Translations under genes and position numbers: made by a program | Shown here: positions 19,444 through 28,676 of the stretch, piece by piece | Position numbering within the stretch: position 1 is the first letter of the stretch | Layout of the letters: every line of letters starts with the position of its first letter | Notes under the pieces: model-generated | Seen by the model: only the letters and a program-made list of their open reading frames with translations | Database searches by the model: none | What the model was told of the DNA's origin: nothing | Assembly (NCBI GenBank): GCA_051879615.1 | Contig: JBJEMI010000002.1 | Location: forward strand, 3,524-67,523 | DNA: 64,000 bases | Direction: 5' to 3' | Source: Lachnospiraceae bacterium | GTDB lineage: Bacteria > Bacillota > Clostridia > Lachnospirales > Lachnospiraceae

Positions 19444-20478
19444 TTGAAAATTATAATAGCATTACTGATTTTCAGTTTCATTATTATCTTCCATGAGCTG
19501 GGGCATTTTCTTCTGGCAAAACGGGGCGGTATCGGTGTGACCGAATTTTGCCTCGGCATGGGACCGAAGCTGTTTGGCAAAAAGATCGGAGAGACAGAAT
19601 ATGCGCTTCGCCTGCTTCCTTTCGGCGGTGCATGTATGATGGTCGGAGAAGATGATGAATCGGATGCGGAAAATTCGTTCGGAAAACAGAGTGTATGGAC
19701 ACGTATTTCCGTGGTAGCGGCAGGTCCGGTCTTTAACTTTATCATTGCGTTTCTGGGAGCAATATTCCTTGTTTCCGCAGTCGGTGTGGATAAACCGGTT
19801 GTTGACAGTGCAATGGAAGGCTTCCCTGCATATGAAGCGGGAATCCGGCCGGGAGATGAGATCCTTTCCATAAACGGAAAAAAGATGAATATTTACCGTG
19901 ATGTGACACTGTACATGCAGGTACATCAGGGAGAAACACTGGAAATTGACTATGAACGGAACGCGGAAAAACATACGGTGGTAATAACCCCGAAACAAAA
20001 CGAAAACGGCATCTATCTGATGGGAATTACCGGCGGTAAATATACAAAAGCAGAGAATATTCCGGAAGTGCTCAGATACAGCGCACATGAGGTCGGATTC
20101 TGGATCCGGTCGGTACTGGAAAGCCTGAAAATGATGGTTAGCGGTCAGGTGAGCAGAGAAGATGTGGGCGGTCCGGTCCGGATCGTCGGAATGATCGGCG
20201 ATACCTATGAGGCCAGTGCCGGAGACGGCGCGTTTTATGTGGCGGTCAATATGGTCAATATTGTGGTGCTGCTTTCTGCGAACCTGGGTGTCATGAATCT
20301 GCTGCCGTTTCCGGCACTGGATGGAGGACGTCTTGTATTTCTGCTGATCGAAGCGGTAACAAAGAGGAGAGTTCCGCCTGAAAAGGAGGCCTATGTGCAT
20401 TTTGCGGGACTGGTCGTTCTGATGGCACTGATGGTACTCATTTTCTTTAATGATATATCCATAATGTTTTTGAAATAG
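19444..20478 (+). CDS. rseP: RIP metalloprotease RseP/RasP (site-2 protease, one PDZ)
   Basis: TTG start just after the dxr stop (RBS GCAGGTGG). HELGH zinc motif in the first TM. NLLPFPALDGG motif. Confidence 0.85.
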   Translation: MKIIIALLIFSFIIIFHELGHFLLAKRGGIGVTEFCLGMGPKLFGKKIGETEYALRLLPFGGACMMVGEDDESDAENSFGKQSVWTRISVVAAGPVFNFIIAFLGAIFLVSAVGVDKPVVDSAMEGFPAYEAGIRPGDEILSINGKKMNIYRDVTLYMQVHQGETLEIDYERNAEKHTVVITPKQNENGIYLMGITGGKYTKAENIPEVLRYSAHEVGFWIRSVLESLKMMVSGQVSREDVGGPVRIVGMIGDTYEASAGDGAFYVAVNMVNIVVLLSANLGVMNLLPFPALDGGRLVFLLIEAVTKRRVPPEKEAYVHFAGLVVLMALMVLIFFNDISIMFLK

Positions 20479-20499
20479 GTGCAAAAGAGGAGGAAAAAT

Positions 20500-21597
20500 A
20501 TGAAATTAGGTATTGTGGGATTGCCTAACGTAGGAAAGAGTACGTTATTCAATTCATTGACAAAAGCAGGTGCAGAATCGGCAAACTATCCGTTCTGTAC
20601 GATTGACCCGAATGTCGGTGTCGTAATGGTACCGGATGAAAGATTAAAACTTCTGGCAGATCTGTATCACTCTGCAAAGATCACACCGGCTGTGATAGAA
20701 TTTGTAGATATTGCGGGACTTGTAAAGGGGGCCTCTAAGGGAGAGGGCCTCGGAAACCAGTTTCTGGCCAATATCCGTGAAGTAGATGCGATCGTACATG
20801 TGGTACGCTGCTTTGAAGATTCCAATGTGATTCATGTGGACGGTTCCGTAGATCCTCTGCGTGATATTGAAACGATCAATCTGGAACTGATCTTCTCGGA
20901 TATCGAGATTCTGGAGAGAAGAATCGCCAAAACAAGCCGCGGTGCAAGAAATGATAAAACACTTGCAAAGGAACTGGAGCTGTTAAATCATCTGAAAGCA
21001 TATCTGGAAGGCGGAAATCTGGCAATCACTTATTCAACGGAGGATGAAGAAGAGCAGGCCTGGTTGAAGGAATATAATCTGCTGACAGGAAAACCTGTGA
21101 TCTATGCGGCAAATGTTGCGGAGGATGATCTGGCAGATGACGGAGCATCCAATGAAAATGTACAGAAGGTACGTGAGTTTGCAAAAGAATGCGGAAGTGA
21201 GGTTTTTGTAATTTGTGCGCAGATTGAACAGGAAATCGCGGAACTGGATGATGAAGAGAAGCAGATGTTTTTGGAAGACCTCGGATTAAAGGAATCCGGT
21301 CTGGAAAAACTGATCAAAGCAAGCTACAGTCTTCTGGGTCTGATCAGCTACCTGACAGCGGGAGAAACGGAAACACGTGCATGGACCATCACAAAAGGTA
21401 TGAAAGCCCCACAGGCGGCAGGAAAGATTCACTCTGACTTTGAAAGAGGATTTATCCGCGCGGAGGTTGTAAATTATCAGGATCTGCTGGACTGCGGTTC
21501 TTATGCAGCGGCAAAAGAAAAAGGACTCGTGGGTCTGGAAGGTAAGGAATATGTTGTAAAAGACGGAGATGTGATTCTCTTCCGTTTTAACGTATAA
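20500..21597 (+). CDS. ychF: redox-regulated ATPase YchF
   Basis: ATG after [31 protein letters not shown]-loop, TGS-like C-terminus. Confidence 0.95.
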   Translation: MKLGIVGLPNVGKSTLFNSLTKAGAESANYPFCTIDPNVGVVMVPDERLKLLADLYHSAKITPAVIEFVDIAGLVKGASKGEGLGNQFLANIREVDAIVHVVRCFEDSNVIHVDGSVDPLRDIETINLELIFSDIEILERRIAKTSRGARNDKTLAKELELLNHLKAYLEGGNLAITYSTEDEEEQAWLKEYNLLTGKPVIYAANVAEDDLADDGASNENVQKVREFAKECGSEVFVICAQIEQEIAELDDEEKQMFLEDLGLKESGLEKLIKASYSLLGLISYLTAGETETRAWTITKGMKAPQAAGKIHSDFERGFIRAEVVNYQDLLDCGSYAAAKEKGLVGLEGKEYVVKDGDVILFRFNV

Positions 21598-21609
21598 GAG
21601 GTTTTGCCG

Positions 21610-22476
21610 ATGGATATGCAGATTAATTTTCCGAATCTGGGGATTTATCTCGAACATGTCGGAAAAAATGTGGAAATATTCGGTTTTCCGATCGCGTTTT
21701 ACGGGATGACAATGGCCGGAGGAATTATCGCGGGATATCTGCTGGCTGCCCGGGAAGCCAAAAGAACCGGACAGAATTCGGATGACTATCTGGATCTGGT
21801 CATGTATGCGGTGATTTTTTCACTGATCGGCGCGAGAATTTATTATGTGATATTCTCGTGGGACAGCTATAAGAATGATCTGCTCAGTATTCTGAATTTC
21901 CGACAGGGGGGTCTGGCGATTTACGGTGCATTTATCGCTGCGGTCATTACCGTTTTTGCGTTTACGAAAAAGCGGAAAAAATCATTCTGGCAGGTATGTG
22001 ATACCGCATGTCTCGGACTTCTGGCCGGACAGATCATCGGGCGCTGGGGAAACTTCTTTAACAGAGAAGCATTCGGCGATTATACAGACGGACTTCTGGC
22101 AATGCAGATTCCGGTATCAGCGGTACGCAGCAAAGAGATCACCACAAAGATGTGGGAGCATCTGGAAGTGATCAATGGCGTGGAGTTTATACAGGTACAC
22201 CCGACATTTCTCTATGAGGGGCTCTGGAATCTGGGCATACTTCTGTTTCTGTACTGGTATCGCGACCGTAAGAAGTTTCAGGGAGAAATGTTCTTTATCT
22301 ATATGTTTGGCTATGGGATCGGCCGTTTCTGGATTGAGGGACTTCGGACAGATCAGCTTTTGCTGCCGGGGACCGGCATTCCTGTATCACAGCTGTTGGC
22401 ACTGGTGCTTGCAGGAGGCTCGGCACTGGTGCTTGCCGGGGCACGCATCCGGATGCGCAGGGCAGCAAATAAATAA
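21610..22476 (+). CDS. lgt: prolipoprotein diacylglyceryl transferase
   Basis: ATG 8 nt after AAGAGG. Motifs GARIYYV and GRWGNFFNREAFG. Confidence 0.9.
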   Translation: MDMQINFPNLGIYLEHVGKNVEIFGFPIAFYGMTMAGGIIAGYLLAAREAKRTGQNSDDYLDLVMYAVIFSLIGARIYYVIFSWDSYKNDLLSILNFRQGGLAIYGAFIAAVITVFAFTKKRKKSFWQVCDTACLGLLAGQIIGRWGNFFNREAFGDYTDGLLAMQIPVSAVRSKEITTKMWEHLEVINGVEFIQVHPTFLYEGLWNLGILLFLYWYRDRKKFQGEMFFIYMFGYGIGRFWIEGLRTDQLLLPGTGIPVSQLLALVLAGGSALVLAGARIRMRRAANK

Positions 22477-22494
22477 AACTGAAAACAATATTTT

Positions 22495-22527
22495 AAAAGC
22501 AGGATTCTTCGGGAGCCTGCTTTTTTG
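22495..22527 (+). terminator. intrinsic terminator after lgt
   Basis: AAAAGCAGG / CCTGCTTTT stem followed by TTTTTT. Confidence 0.7.
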
Positions 22528-22576
22528 TATTTTTTAATAATTTGCACAAATTACCAAAAAAATAAAGAAAAACTGC

Positions 22577-22605
22577 TTGCATTCATGAGGAGGAAGGAGT
22601 AAACT
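22577..22605 (+). promoter_or_regulatory. sigma-A-type promoter candidate of the dcw cluster (Pmra)
   Basis: TTGCAT, 17-nt spacer, TAAACT. Confidence 0.5.
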
Positions 22606-22608
22606 GAA

Positions 22609-22674
22609 TTCGTGGAGAAAAGTAGGAAAAAGTGGAGGCTGATAGATAAAAAGTGGAGCCTTCGGGAGTAGGTG
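22609..22674 (+). promoter_or_regulatory. array of GTGGAG / AAAGTGG direct repeats (candidate MraZ operator)
   Basis: GTGGAG at 22612, 22632 and 22653. The degenerate copy GTAGGA at 22622 gives a 10-11 bp phase. Two copies are embedded in AAAAAGTGGAG. Confidence 0.4.
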
Positions 22675-22680
22675 ATTGCA

Positions 22681-23112
22681 TTGTTCATGGGAGAATACAA
22701 TCATACAGTTGACACAAAAGGCAGGCTGATTATTCCTTTGAAGTTTCGTGAAGAACTCGGTGAAGAATTCGTGATAACGAGAGGTTTGGATGGCTGTCTT
22801 TATCTGCATGATATGGAACAATGGAAGAGCTTTGAAGAAAAACTTCGCATGCTTCCGTTGGAGGAAAAGAAATCCAGAAAATACAGCCGATTTTTTATCG
22901 CAAGTGCTACCGTTTGTGAATTGGATAAGCAGGGAAGAATTTTGATTCCTGCAACGCTTCGGGAATTTGCCGGCATAGAGAAAGATGTGATCCTGGCTGG
23001 TGTGATGGATCGCATCGAGGTGTGGGATAAGGAACGTTACTTCGAAATGAATGATTTTGGTGACGTAGACGAAATTGCAGAAGAGTTAAGTAGAAAGAAT
23101 AAAGAGGATTAA
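22681..23112 (+). CDS. mraZ: transcriptional regulator MraZ
   Basis: N-terminus (M)[14 protein letters not shown] is typical of MraZ. Probable TTG start 6 nt after AGGTG (alternatives GTG 22672, ATG 22687). Two SpoVT/AbrB-like repeats. Confidence 0.9.
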   Translation: MFMGEYNHTVDTKGRLIIPLKFREELGEEFVITRGLDGCLYLHDMEQWKSFEEKLRMLPLEEKKSRKYSRFFIASATVCELDKQGRILIPATLREFAGIEKDVILAGVMDRIEVWDKERYFEMNDFGDVDEIAEELSRKNKED

Positions 23113-23122
23113 AGGGGAGCAC

Positions 23123-24067
23123 ATGGAGTTTAAACACAAATCTGTTTTACTGCAGGAGACAATTGATAATCTGAATATAAAGCCGGATGGTATCTATGTT
23201 GACGGCACTCTGGGAGGCGGAGGACATTCATTTCAGATTTTAAAGCAGCTCGGTGATGACGGTCGCCTGGTTGGGATTGATCAGGATGAAGATGCCCTGA
23301 AAGCAGCCGGTATGAGACTGGCAATCTTTGGCGACAAGGTAACAATGGTAAGAAGTAATTACTGTCATATGAAGCAGGTACTTCAGGAACTGGGAATCCG
23401 CAGAGTTTCCGGGATCGTACTGGATCTGGGAGTATCTTCCTACCAGCTGGACGAGCCGGAAAGAGGTTTTACATACAGAGAAGATGTTCCGCTGGACATG
23501 AGAATGGACAGACGGCAGCCGAAGACGGCGAGAGATATCGTGAATGACTACAGCGAGACAGAGCTGTATCGCATTATCCGCGATTACGGAGAAGATAAAT
23601 TTGCAAAAAATATTGCAAAGCATATTGTGGCAGCCAGAGAAAAACAGCCGATTGAAACGACGGGAGAACTGATTGAGATCATCAAAGCGGCAATTCCGGC
23701 AAAGGTTCGTATGAATGGCGGGCATCCGGCCAAAAAGACATTTCAGGCGATCAGGATCGAACTGAATGCAGAACTGGAGGTTCTGGAAAATTCGCTGGAT
23801 GAGATGATCGATCTGCTGGAAGATGGGGGAAGAATCTGTATTATTACATTCCATTCCCTGGAAGACCGCATCGTCAAGACGATTTTTAAACGGAATGAGA
23901 ATCCCTGCACATGTCCGAGTCATTTCCCGGTGTGTGTATGCGGGAAGGCATCCAAAGGGAAGGTAATAACCAGGAAACCGATCGTTCCGGGGGAAGAGGA
24001 ACTGGAGTATAACAGCAGAGCAAAAAGCTCGAAATTAAGAGTATTTGAAAGAATCAGGGAAGATTAG
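23123..24067 (+). CDS. rsmH: 16S rRNA (cytosine1402-N4)-methyltransferase
   Basis: [28 protein letters not shown] motifs. Confidence 0.95.
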   Translation: MEFKHKSVLLQETIDNLNIKPDGIYVDGTLGGGGHSFQILKQLGDDGRLVGIDQDEDALKAAGMRLAIFGDKVTMVRSNYCHMKQVLQELGIRRVSGIVLDLGVSSYQLDEPERGFTYREDVPLDMRMDRRQPKTARDIVNDYSETELYRIIRDYGEDKFAKNIAKHIVAAREKQPIETTGELIEIIKAAIPAKVRMNGGHPAKKTFQAIRIELNAELEVLENSLDEMIDLLEDGGRICIITFHSLEDRIVKTIFKRNENPCTCPSHFPVCVCGKASKGKVITRKPIVPGEEELEYNSRAKSSKLRVFERIRED

Positions 24068-24077
24068 GGTGATTAAA

Positions 24078-24584
24078 ATGGGGACTTTAAAGGAAACACA
24101 TAGTAATGTACAGACAGAATACAGAGTGGATGGTACTTCAGTGAGAAAGCTGCGTGTCGTACCGCAGCAGTCACCGGAAAGAAGACCTTCAGCCGTACCG
24201 GGAAGACATCATAAGAAAGAAAGAGCGACATTGAGTATTCCATACTGTCTGTTCCTGGGTGTTTTCTGTGTGATGACACTGATGATGGGAGCACAGTTTT
24301 TACAGCTGCAGGCGCTGTCCACGAGTAATCAGAAAAAGATCGCATCTTTGGAAAGTCAGCTTACGGAAATGAAAAAAGAGAATAACGATGAACTGAATCG
24401 AATCGAATCTTCCATCAATCTGGATGAAATCAGGGATATTGCTGTGAATGAACTGGGAATGGTATATGCTGCAGAGGACAATGTGGTGGTTTACAAAAAT
24501 AAAAGACAGGATTATGTAAGTCAGTACACAGAAGTGCCTCAGGAAGAGGATTCTCTTTTGAAAAGTATGATCAATGAAGAGTAG
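24078..24584 (+). CDS. ftsL: cell division protein FtsL-like (bitopic, coiled coil)
   Basis: Position between rsmH and the PBP genes. Single TM (CLFLGVFCVMTLMMGAQFL) followed by a coiled-coil segment. The call rests on synteny. Confidence 0.6.
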   Translation: MGTLKETHSNVQTEYRVDGTSVRKLRVVPQQSPERRPSAVPGRHHKKERATLSIPYCLFLGVFCVMTLMMGAQFLQLQALSTSNQKKIASLESQLTEMKKENNDELNRIESSINLDEIRDIAVNELGMVYAAEDNVVVYKNKRQDYVSQYTEVPQEEDSLLKSMINEE

Positions 24585-24593
24585 GAGCAGACT

Positions 24594-26816
24594 GTGACCG
24601 GTAAAGAACAAAGAAAAATCAGAAGAATCAATAATCGAATGAAGAGAAAGCTGGCACTCATGTTTGCGGTTGTAGTGCTGGCTTTAGTCGGTTTAAGTGT
24701 CCGTCTCGTATATATCAATAAGACCAATGGTGAAAAATATACGAAAAAGGTGCTTGCCCAACAGGAAAGCAACAGCCTGACGCTGGCATACCGGAGGGGA
24801 GATATTTTTGACAGAAACGGTACGATCGTGGCTACCAGTGAGAAAGTATACAATGTCATTCTGGACCCGAAGGTTTTAAAAGCGTCGGCGGAGCTGGATA
24901 AAAAGGACGAAAACAGTGTAGAGGCTACACTGGACGCGTTGGCGCAGTGTTTCAGCTACACAAAGCAGGAACTGTATGATATTTACAATAATAAGATCAA
25001 CAGCAGTTATGTTGTTCTGGAAAAACAGAAGACAAAAGATGAAATTTCCGGCTTCAAACAGATGATGGAGGAGAATGATCAGATTGCAGGCGTATGGTTT
25101 GAGGAGGGATATCAGAGAAAATATCCTTATGATACCCTGGGCTGCAATGTGATCGGTTATACCGTATCCGGTAATGTGGGGCAGTATGGAATCGAAGAAA
25201 CCTATTCGGACATTCTGAATGGTACCAACGGAAGAAGCTATACTTATTTAAATGAATCCCTGGAAGCGGAAAAGACGATTCACGAAGCTACGGATGGATG
25301 CAGTGTGATGTCTACGATCGATGTGACCCTTCAGAAGATCGTGGAAAACAGTATTGACGAATTTATGGAAAAATATCGTGATCAGGCGAGAGAAGGCGGA
25401 GGTGCCAAGACCGCTGCCTGTATCATGATGGATCCGCGCAATGGTGAAATCCTTGCTATGGCAAGTAACCGTAAATATGATCTGAATAAGCCATATGATG
25501 TTGTGGCAAACGGTCTGTTTACGGAAGAGGAAGTAGCGCAGATGAATTTACAGGCTCAGGAGAGTGAAGAAAAGGCCGGGGAGATCGAAGAACAGAAACT
25601 GAATGCTCTGAACGCTCTCTGGAGAAACTTCTGTGTCAGCGATACTTACGAACCGGGTTCTACCGTAAAGCCGATGACGGTAGCAGCAGCCCTGGAATGC
25701 GGTGCGATCAGTCCGAATGAAATGTTTTTCTGCGACGGAGGTCAGCAGGTAGTTGCAGGAAAACAGAGGATTAAATGTGCGAAGAGATCCGGTCACGGTC
25801 TGATCACTTTAGAGGGATCGATCATGTTCTCCTGCAACGATGCACTGATGCAGATTGCCGCGAAGATGGGATATGATGACTTTGTCAAATATCAGAGAAT
25901 GTTTAATTTCGGCCTGAGAACCGGTATTGATCTTCCGGGAGAGTCCAGAACGGATACGGTTGTCTATTATCCGGAAGGTCAGGCTCCCTATGCGAATCTG
26001 GAAATCGGTCCGATGGAACTGGCGACCTGTTCCTTCGGTCAGGGCTTTAATGTCAGCATGGTCCAGGTTGCAAGTGCGTTCTCTTCCTGTATCAACGGGG
26101 GATATTATTATCAGCCGCATGTTGTAAAGAAGATCATGGACAGTAACGGAGGAACTGTGAAAGAGATCGAAGGAAAACTTCTTCGTACACCGATTTCTGA
26201 AAAGACAAGTGAAAAGGTCAAACAGTATCTCTATAACACCATGTATGGTCCAAGAGATGCAAACGGTAATGGTGCAACAGGTAAAAACGCACGTATTGCA
26301 GGCTATGCAATGGGCGGAAAAACAGGTACTGCTCAGAAAATCCCGCGAGGACAGGGCAACTATCTGGTTTCCTTTATCGGATATGCGCCATATGATACGC
26401 CGCAGGTTGTCTGCTATGTTGTGGTGGACGAGCCAAACAGTGATTTCCAGGCGAGCAGCTCCTATGCACAGGAGATCTGGAAGAATATTATGAAACAGGC
26501 ACTGCCTTATCTGAATATCTTTGAAACCGAAGAACCTCCTGCAGATATGATGGCTGAATATCTGGAAGCACATCCGGAAAAAGATCCGGCGAACATAAAG
26601 GAGGAATCCGGGGAAACAAAGAAGGATACGGAAGAAACGACGCAGAGCGGTCCGATGATCGATCCTCAGACAGGGGAGGAAGTTTCTCTTCCGGATGTAT
26701 CGGGAGATAACAGCATTGATCCGGAAACAGGCATGCTGAAGGATCTGACCCAGGATGATGATTATCCGAGTGAGATCCTCGAAAATGTGCAGCCGTCTGT
26801 AGAAGAACTGCCATAG
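24594..26816 (+). CDS. class B penicillin-binding protein (FtsI/PBP2B-type transpeptidase) with an acidic C-terminal tail
   Basis: GTG start after AGGAGCAGACT. N-terminal TM. Motifs STVK, SCN and KTGT. Confidence 0.9.
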   Translation: MTGKEQRKIRRINNRMKRKLALMFAVVVLALVGLSVRLVYINKTNGEKYTKKVLAQQESNSLTLAYRRGDIFDRNGTIVATSEKVYNVILDPKVLKASAELDKKDENSVEATLDALAQCFSYTKQELYDIYNNKINSSYVVLEKQKTKDEISGFKQMMEENDQIAGVWFEEGYQRKYPYDTLGCNVIGYTVSGNVGQYGIEETYSDILNGTNGRSYTYLNESLEAEKTIHEATDGCSVMSTIDVTLQKIVENSIDEFMEKYRDQAREGGGAKTAACIMMDPRNGEILAMASNRKYDLNKPYDVVANGLFTEEEVAQMNLQAQESEEKAGEIEEQKLNALNALWRNFCVSDTYEPGSTVKPMTVAAALECGAISPNEMFFCDGGQQVVAGKQRIKCAKRSGHGLITLEGSIMFSCNDALMQIAAKMGYDDFVKYQRMFNFGLRTGIDLPGESRTDTVVYYPEGQAPYANLEIGPMELATCSFGQGFNVSMVQVASAFSSCINGGYYYQPHVVKKIMDSNGGTVKEIEGKLLRTPISEKTSEKVKQYLYNTMYGPRDANGNGATGKNARIAGYAMGGKTGTAQKIPRGQGNYLVSFIGYAPYDTPQVVCYVVVDEPNSDFQASSSYAQEIWKNIMKQALPYLNIFETEEPPADMMAEYLEAHPEKDPANIKEESGETKKDTEETTQSGPMIDPQTGEEVSLPDVSGDNSIDPETGMLKDLTQDDDYPSEILENVQPSVEELP

Positions 26817-26830
26817 TTCATTTATAATAG

Positions 26831-26892
26831 AAAGACCTCATAAAATGCAAAAAGTTACATAAACTTTAAAAATGCATTTATGAGGTCTTTTT
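26831..26892 (+). terminator. long near-perfect hairpin between the two PBP genes (terminator-like; covers the downstream SD)
   Basis: AAAGACCTCATAAAATGCA ... TGCATTTATGAGGTCTTT arms (one bulge), inner AAAGTT/AACTTT pairing, followed by TT. A-rich 5' flank. Confidence 0.55.
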
Positions 26893-26894
26893 AC

Positions 26895-28634
26895 GTGGCA
26901 GTGAAAACAAAAACCTATCATAGAAAGAAGATCGTGACTGTATTTGCGGTATGTATGCTTCTGATGGCCTGTCTGATGGGCAGGCTGCTCTATCTGATGG
27001 TTATCTGTTCGGACTATTATCAGGAAAAAGCAGATGATCTGCATGAAAGAGAACGAAGTATTAAGGCGGCCCGGGGCAAGATCATTGACCGGACGGGAAC
27101 GGTGCTGGCCACCAATCGTACCGTCTGTACGGTATCTGTCATACACAGCCAGATCAAAGAGCCGGAACGGATCATTGAGATATTATCCAGAGAACTGGAG
27201 ATGAGTGAGGAAAAGGTCCGGGCCAGAGTAGAAAAGGTCAGTTCGATCGAACGGATCAAATCAAATGTGGATAAGGAAACGGGAGACCGGATCCGCAGCT
27301 ATGATCTGGCCGGAGTAAAGGTGGACGAAGATTTTAAACGATATTATCCCTATCATTCGGCTGCATCCAAGGTCCTGGGGTTTACCGGCAGCGATAATCA
27401 GGGGGTGATCGGACTGGAGGTCGTCTACGAAAAATATTTAAAAGGGATTGACGGAACCATACTGACACAGACGGATGCCAGAGGGGTTGAACTGGACAAA
27501 GAAGCGGAAGAACGTGTCGAAGCCGTTGCGGGAAACGATCTTTTCGTCAGTCTGGATTACAATATACAGAGGTACTGCGAACAGGCGGCATTGAAGGTAC
27601 TGGAGGAAAAAGAAGCGGATTATGTGTCGATCCTGATTATGAATCCCCAGGACGGTTCTGTCTATGCCAATGTAAATGTACCGGAGTTTGATCTGAATAA
27701 TCCGTATGAACTGCCGGAGGGGACAGATTCCTCGGCCATGACGGAAAAGGAGTTTCAGGACGCACTGAACCGGATGTGGCGAAATCAGAGTGTGAATGAT
27801 ACCTATGAGCCGGGGTCGATCTTTAAAGTGATCACTGCGGCAGCAGCACTGGAAAAAGGAGTGGTGACGCTGGAAGACCGGTTTCACTGTCCGGGTTTTG
27901 CGATCGTGGAAGATCGAAAGATCCGCTGTGCGAAGGTTCAGGGGCATGGCAGTGAGACCTTTGTGGACGGGATTAAAAACAGCTGTAATCCGGTCTTCAT
28001 TGCCGTTGGACAGCGGATCGGAGCGGAGGATTTTTATGAGTACATGGATCAATTCGGAATGCTGAAAAAAACAGGAATCGACATCCCGGGTGAAGCCGGA
28101 ACGATCATGCATAAAAAGGAAAATATCGGTCCCGTGGAGCTTGCAACGGTTTCTTTCGGACAGTCGTTTCAGATAACGCCGATCCAGCTGGCAGCGACCG
28201 TCAGCTCCATAATCAATGGGGGAAAACGGGTGATTCCTCATTTCGGGGTCGAAATTCATGCCGGAGACGGAACTGTCAGAAAACTGGACTATGAACCGAA
28301 AGAACGTGTGGTGTCGGAAAAAACATCAGAAACCATGCGGTATCTTCTGGAAAAGGTGGTGTCGGAAGGAGGCGGAAAAAATGCACAGATTGAGGGGTAT
28401 CGTATCGGCGGAAAAACCGCAACATCTCAGACACTCCCAAGAAGCGCTCATAAATATATTTCCTCATTTCTGGGATTTGCGCCTGCAGATGATCCGCAGG
28501 TGCTCGGACTGGTGATCATATCAGATCCGACGGGTCTGTATTACGGAGGAACCATTGCCGCGCCTGTTTTAAAAGATATTTTTGAGAATATTTTGCCTTA
28601 TCTGGGCATAGAAACAGTTGAAACTTCCGACTAA
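26895..28634 (+). CDS. class B penicillin-binding protein (SpoVD/FtsI-type, no PASTA domain)
   Basis: GTG 8 nt after GAGGT (an alternative in-frame ATG at 26880 has no SD). TM segment. Motifs SIFK (SxxK), SCN, and KTA in place of KTG. Confidence 0.85.
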   Translation: MAVKTKTYHRKKIVTVFAVCMLLMACLMGRLLYLMVICSDYYQEKADDLHERERSIKAARGKIIDRTGTVLATNRTVCTVSVIHSQIKEPERIIEILSRELEMSEEKVRARVEKVSSIERIKSNVDKETGDRIRSYDLAGVKVDEDFKRYYPYHSAASKVLGFTGSDNQGVIGLEVVYEKYLKGIDGTILTQTDARGVELDKEAEERVEAVAGNDLFVSLDYNIQRYCEQAALKVLEEKEADYVSILIMNPQDGSVYANVNVPEFDLNNPYELPEGTDSSAMTEKEFQDALNRMWRNQSVNDTYEPGSIFKVITAAAALEKGVVTLEDRFHCPGFAIVEDRKIRCAKVQGHGSETFVDGIKNSCNPVFIAVGQRIGAEDFYEYMDQFGMLKKTGIDIPGEAGTIMHKKENIGPVELATVSFGQSFQITPIQLAATVSSIINGGKRVIPHFGVEIHAGDGTVRKLDYEPKERVVSEKTSETMRYLLEKVVSEGGGKNAQIEGYRIGGKTATSQTLPRSAHKYISSFLGFAPADDPQVLGLVIISDPTGLYYGGTIAAPVLKDIFENILPYLGIETVETSD

Positions 28635-28676
28635 AAGAATTATACTAATGGGTAATGAACGAAAAAGAGGTGTGTT

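Noticed and set aside
19462-20484. 340-aa ORF on the - strand
   Set aside because: It is entirely antisense to the well-supported rseP CDS. It has no RBS and a Cys/His/Arg-rich composition typical of shadow frames.
23240-23923. 227-aa - strand ORF
   Set aside because: It is a shadow frame of rsmH.
25809-28259. 254-aa and 273-aa - strand ORFs (25809-26573, 27438-28259)
   Set aside because: They are shadow frames of the two PBP genes.
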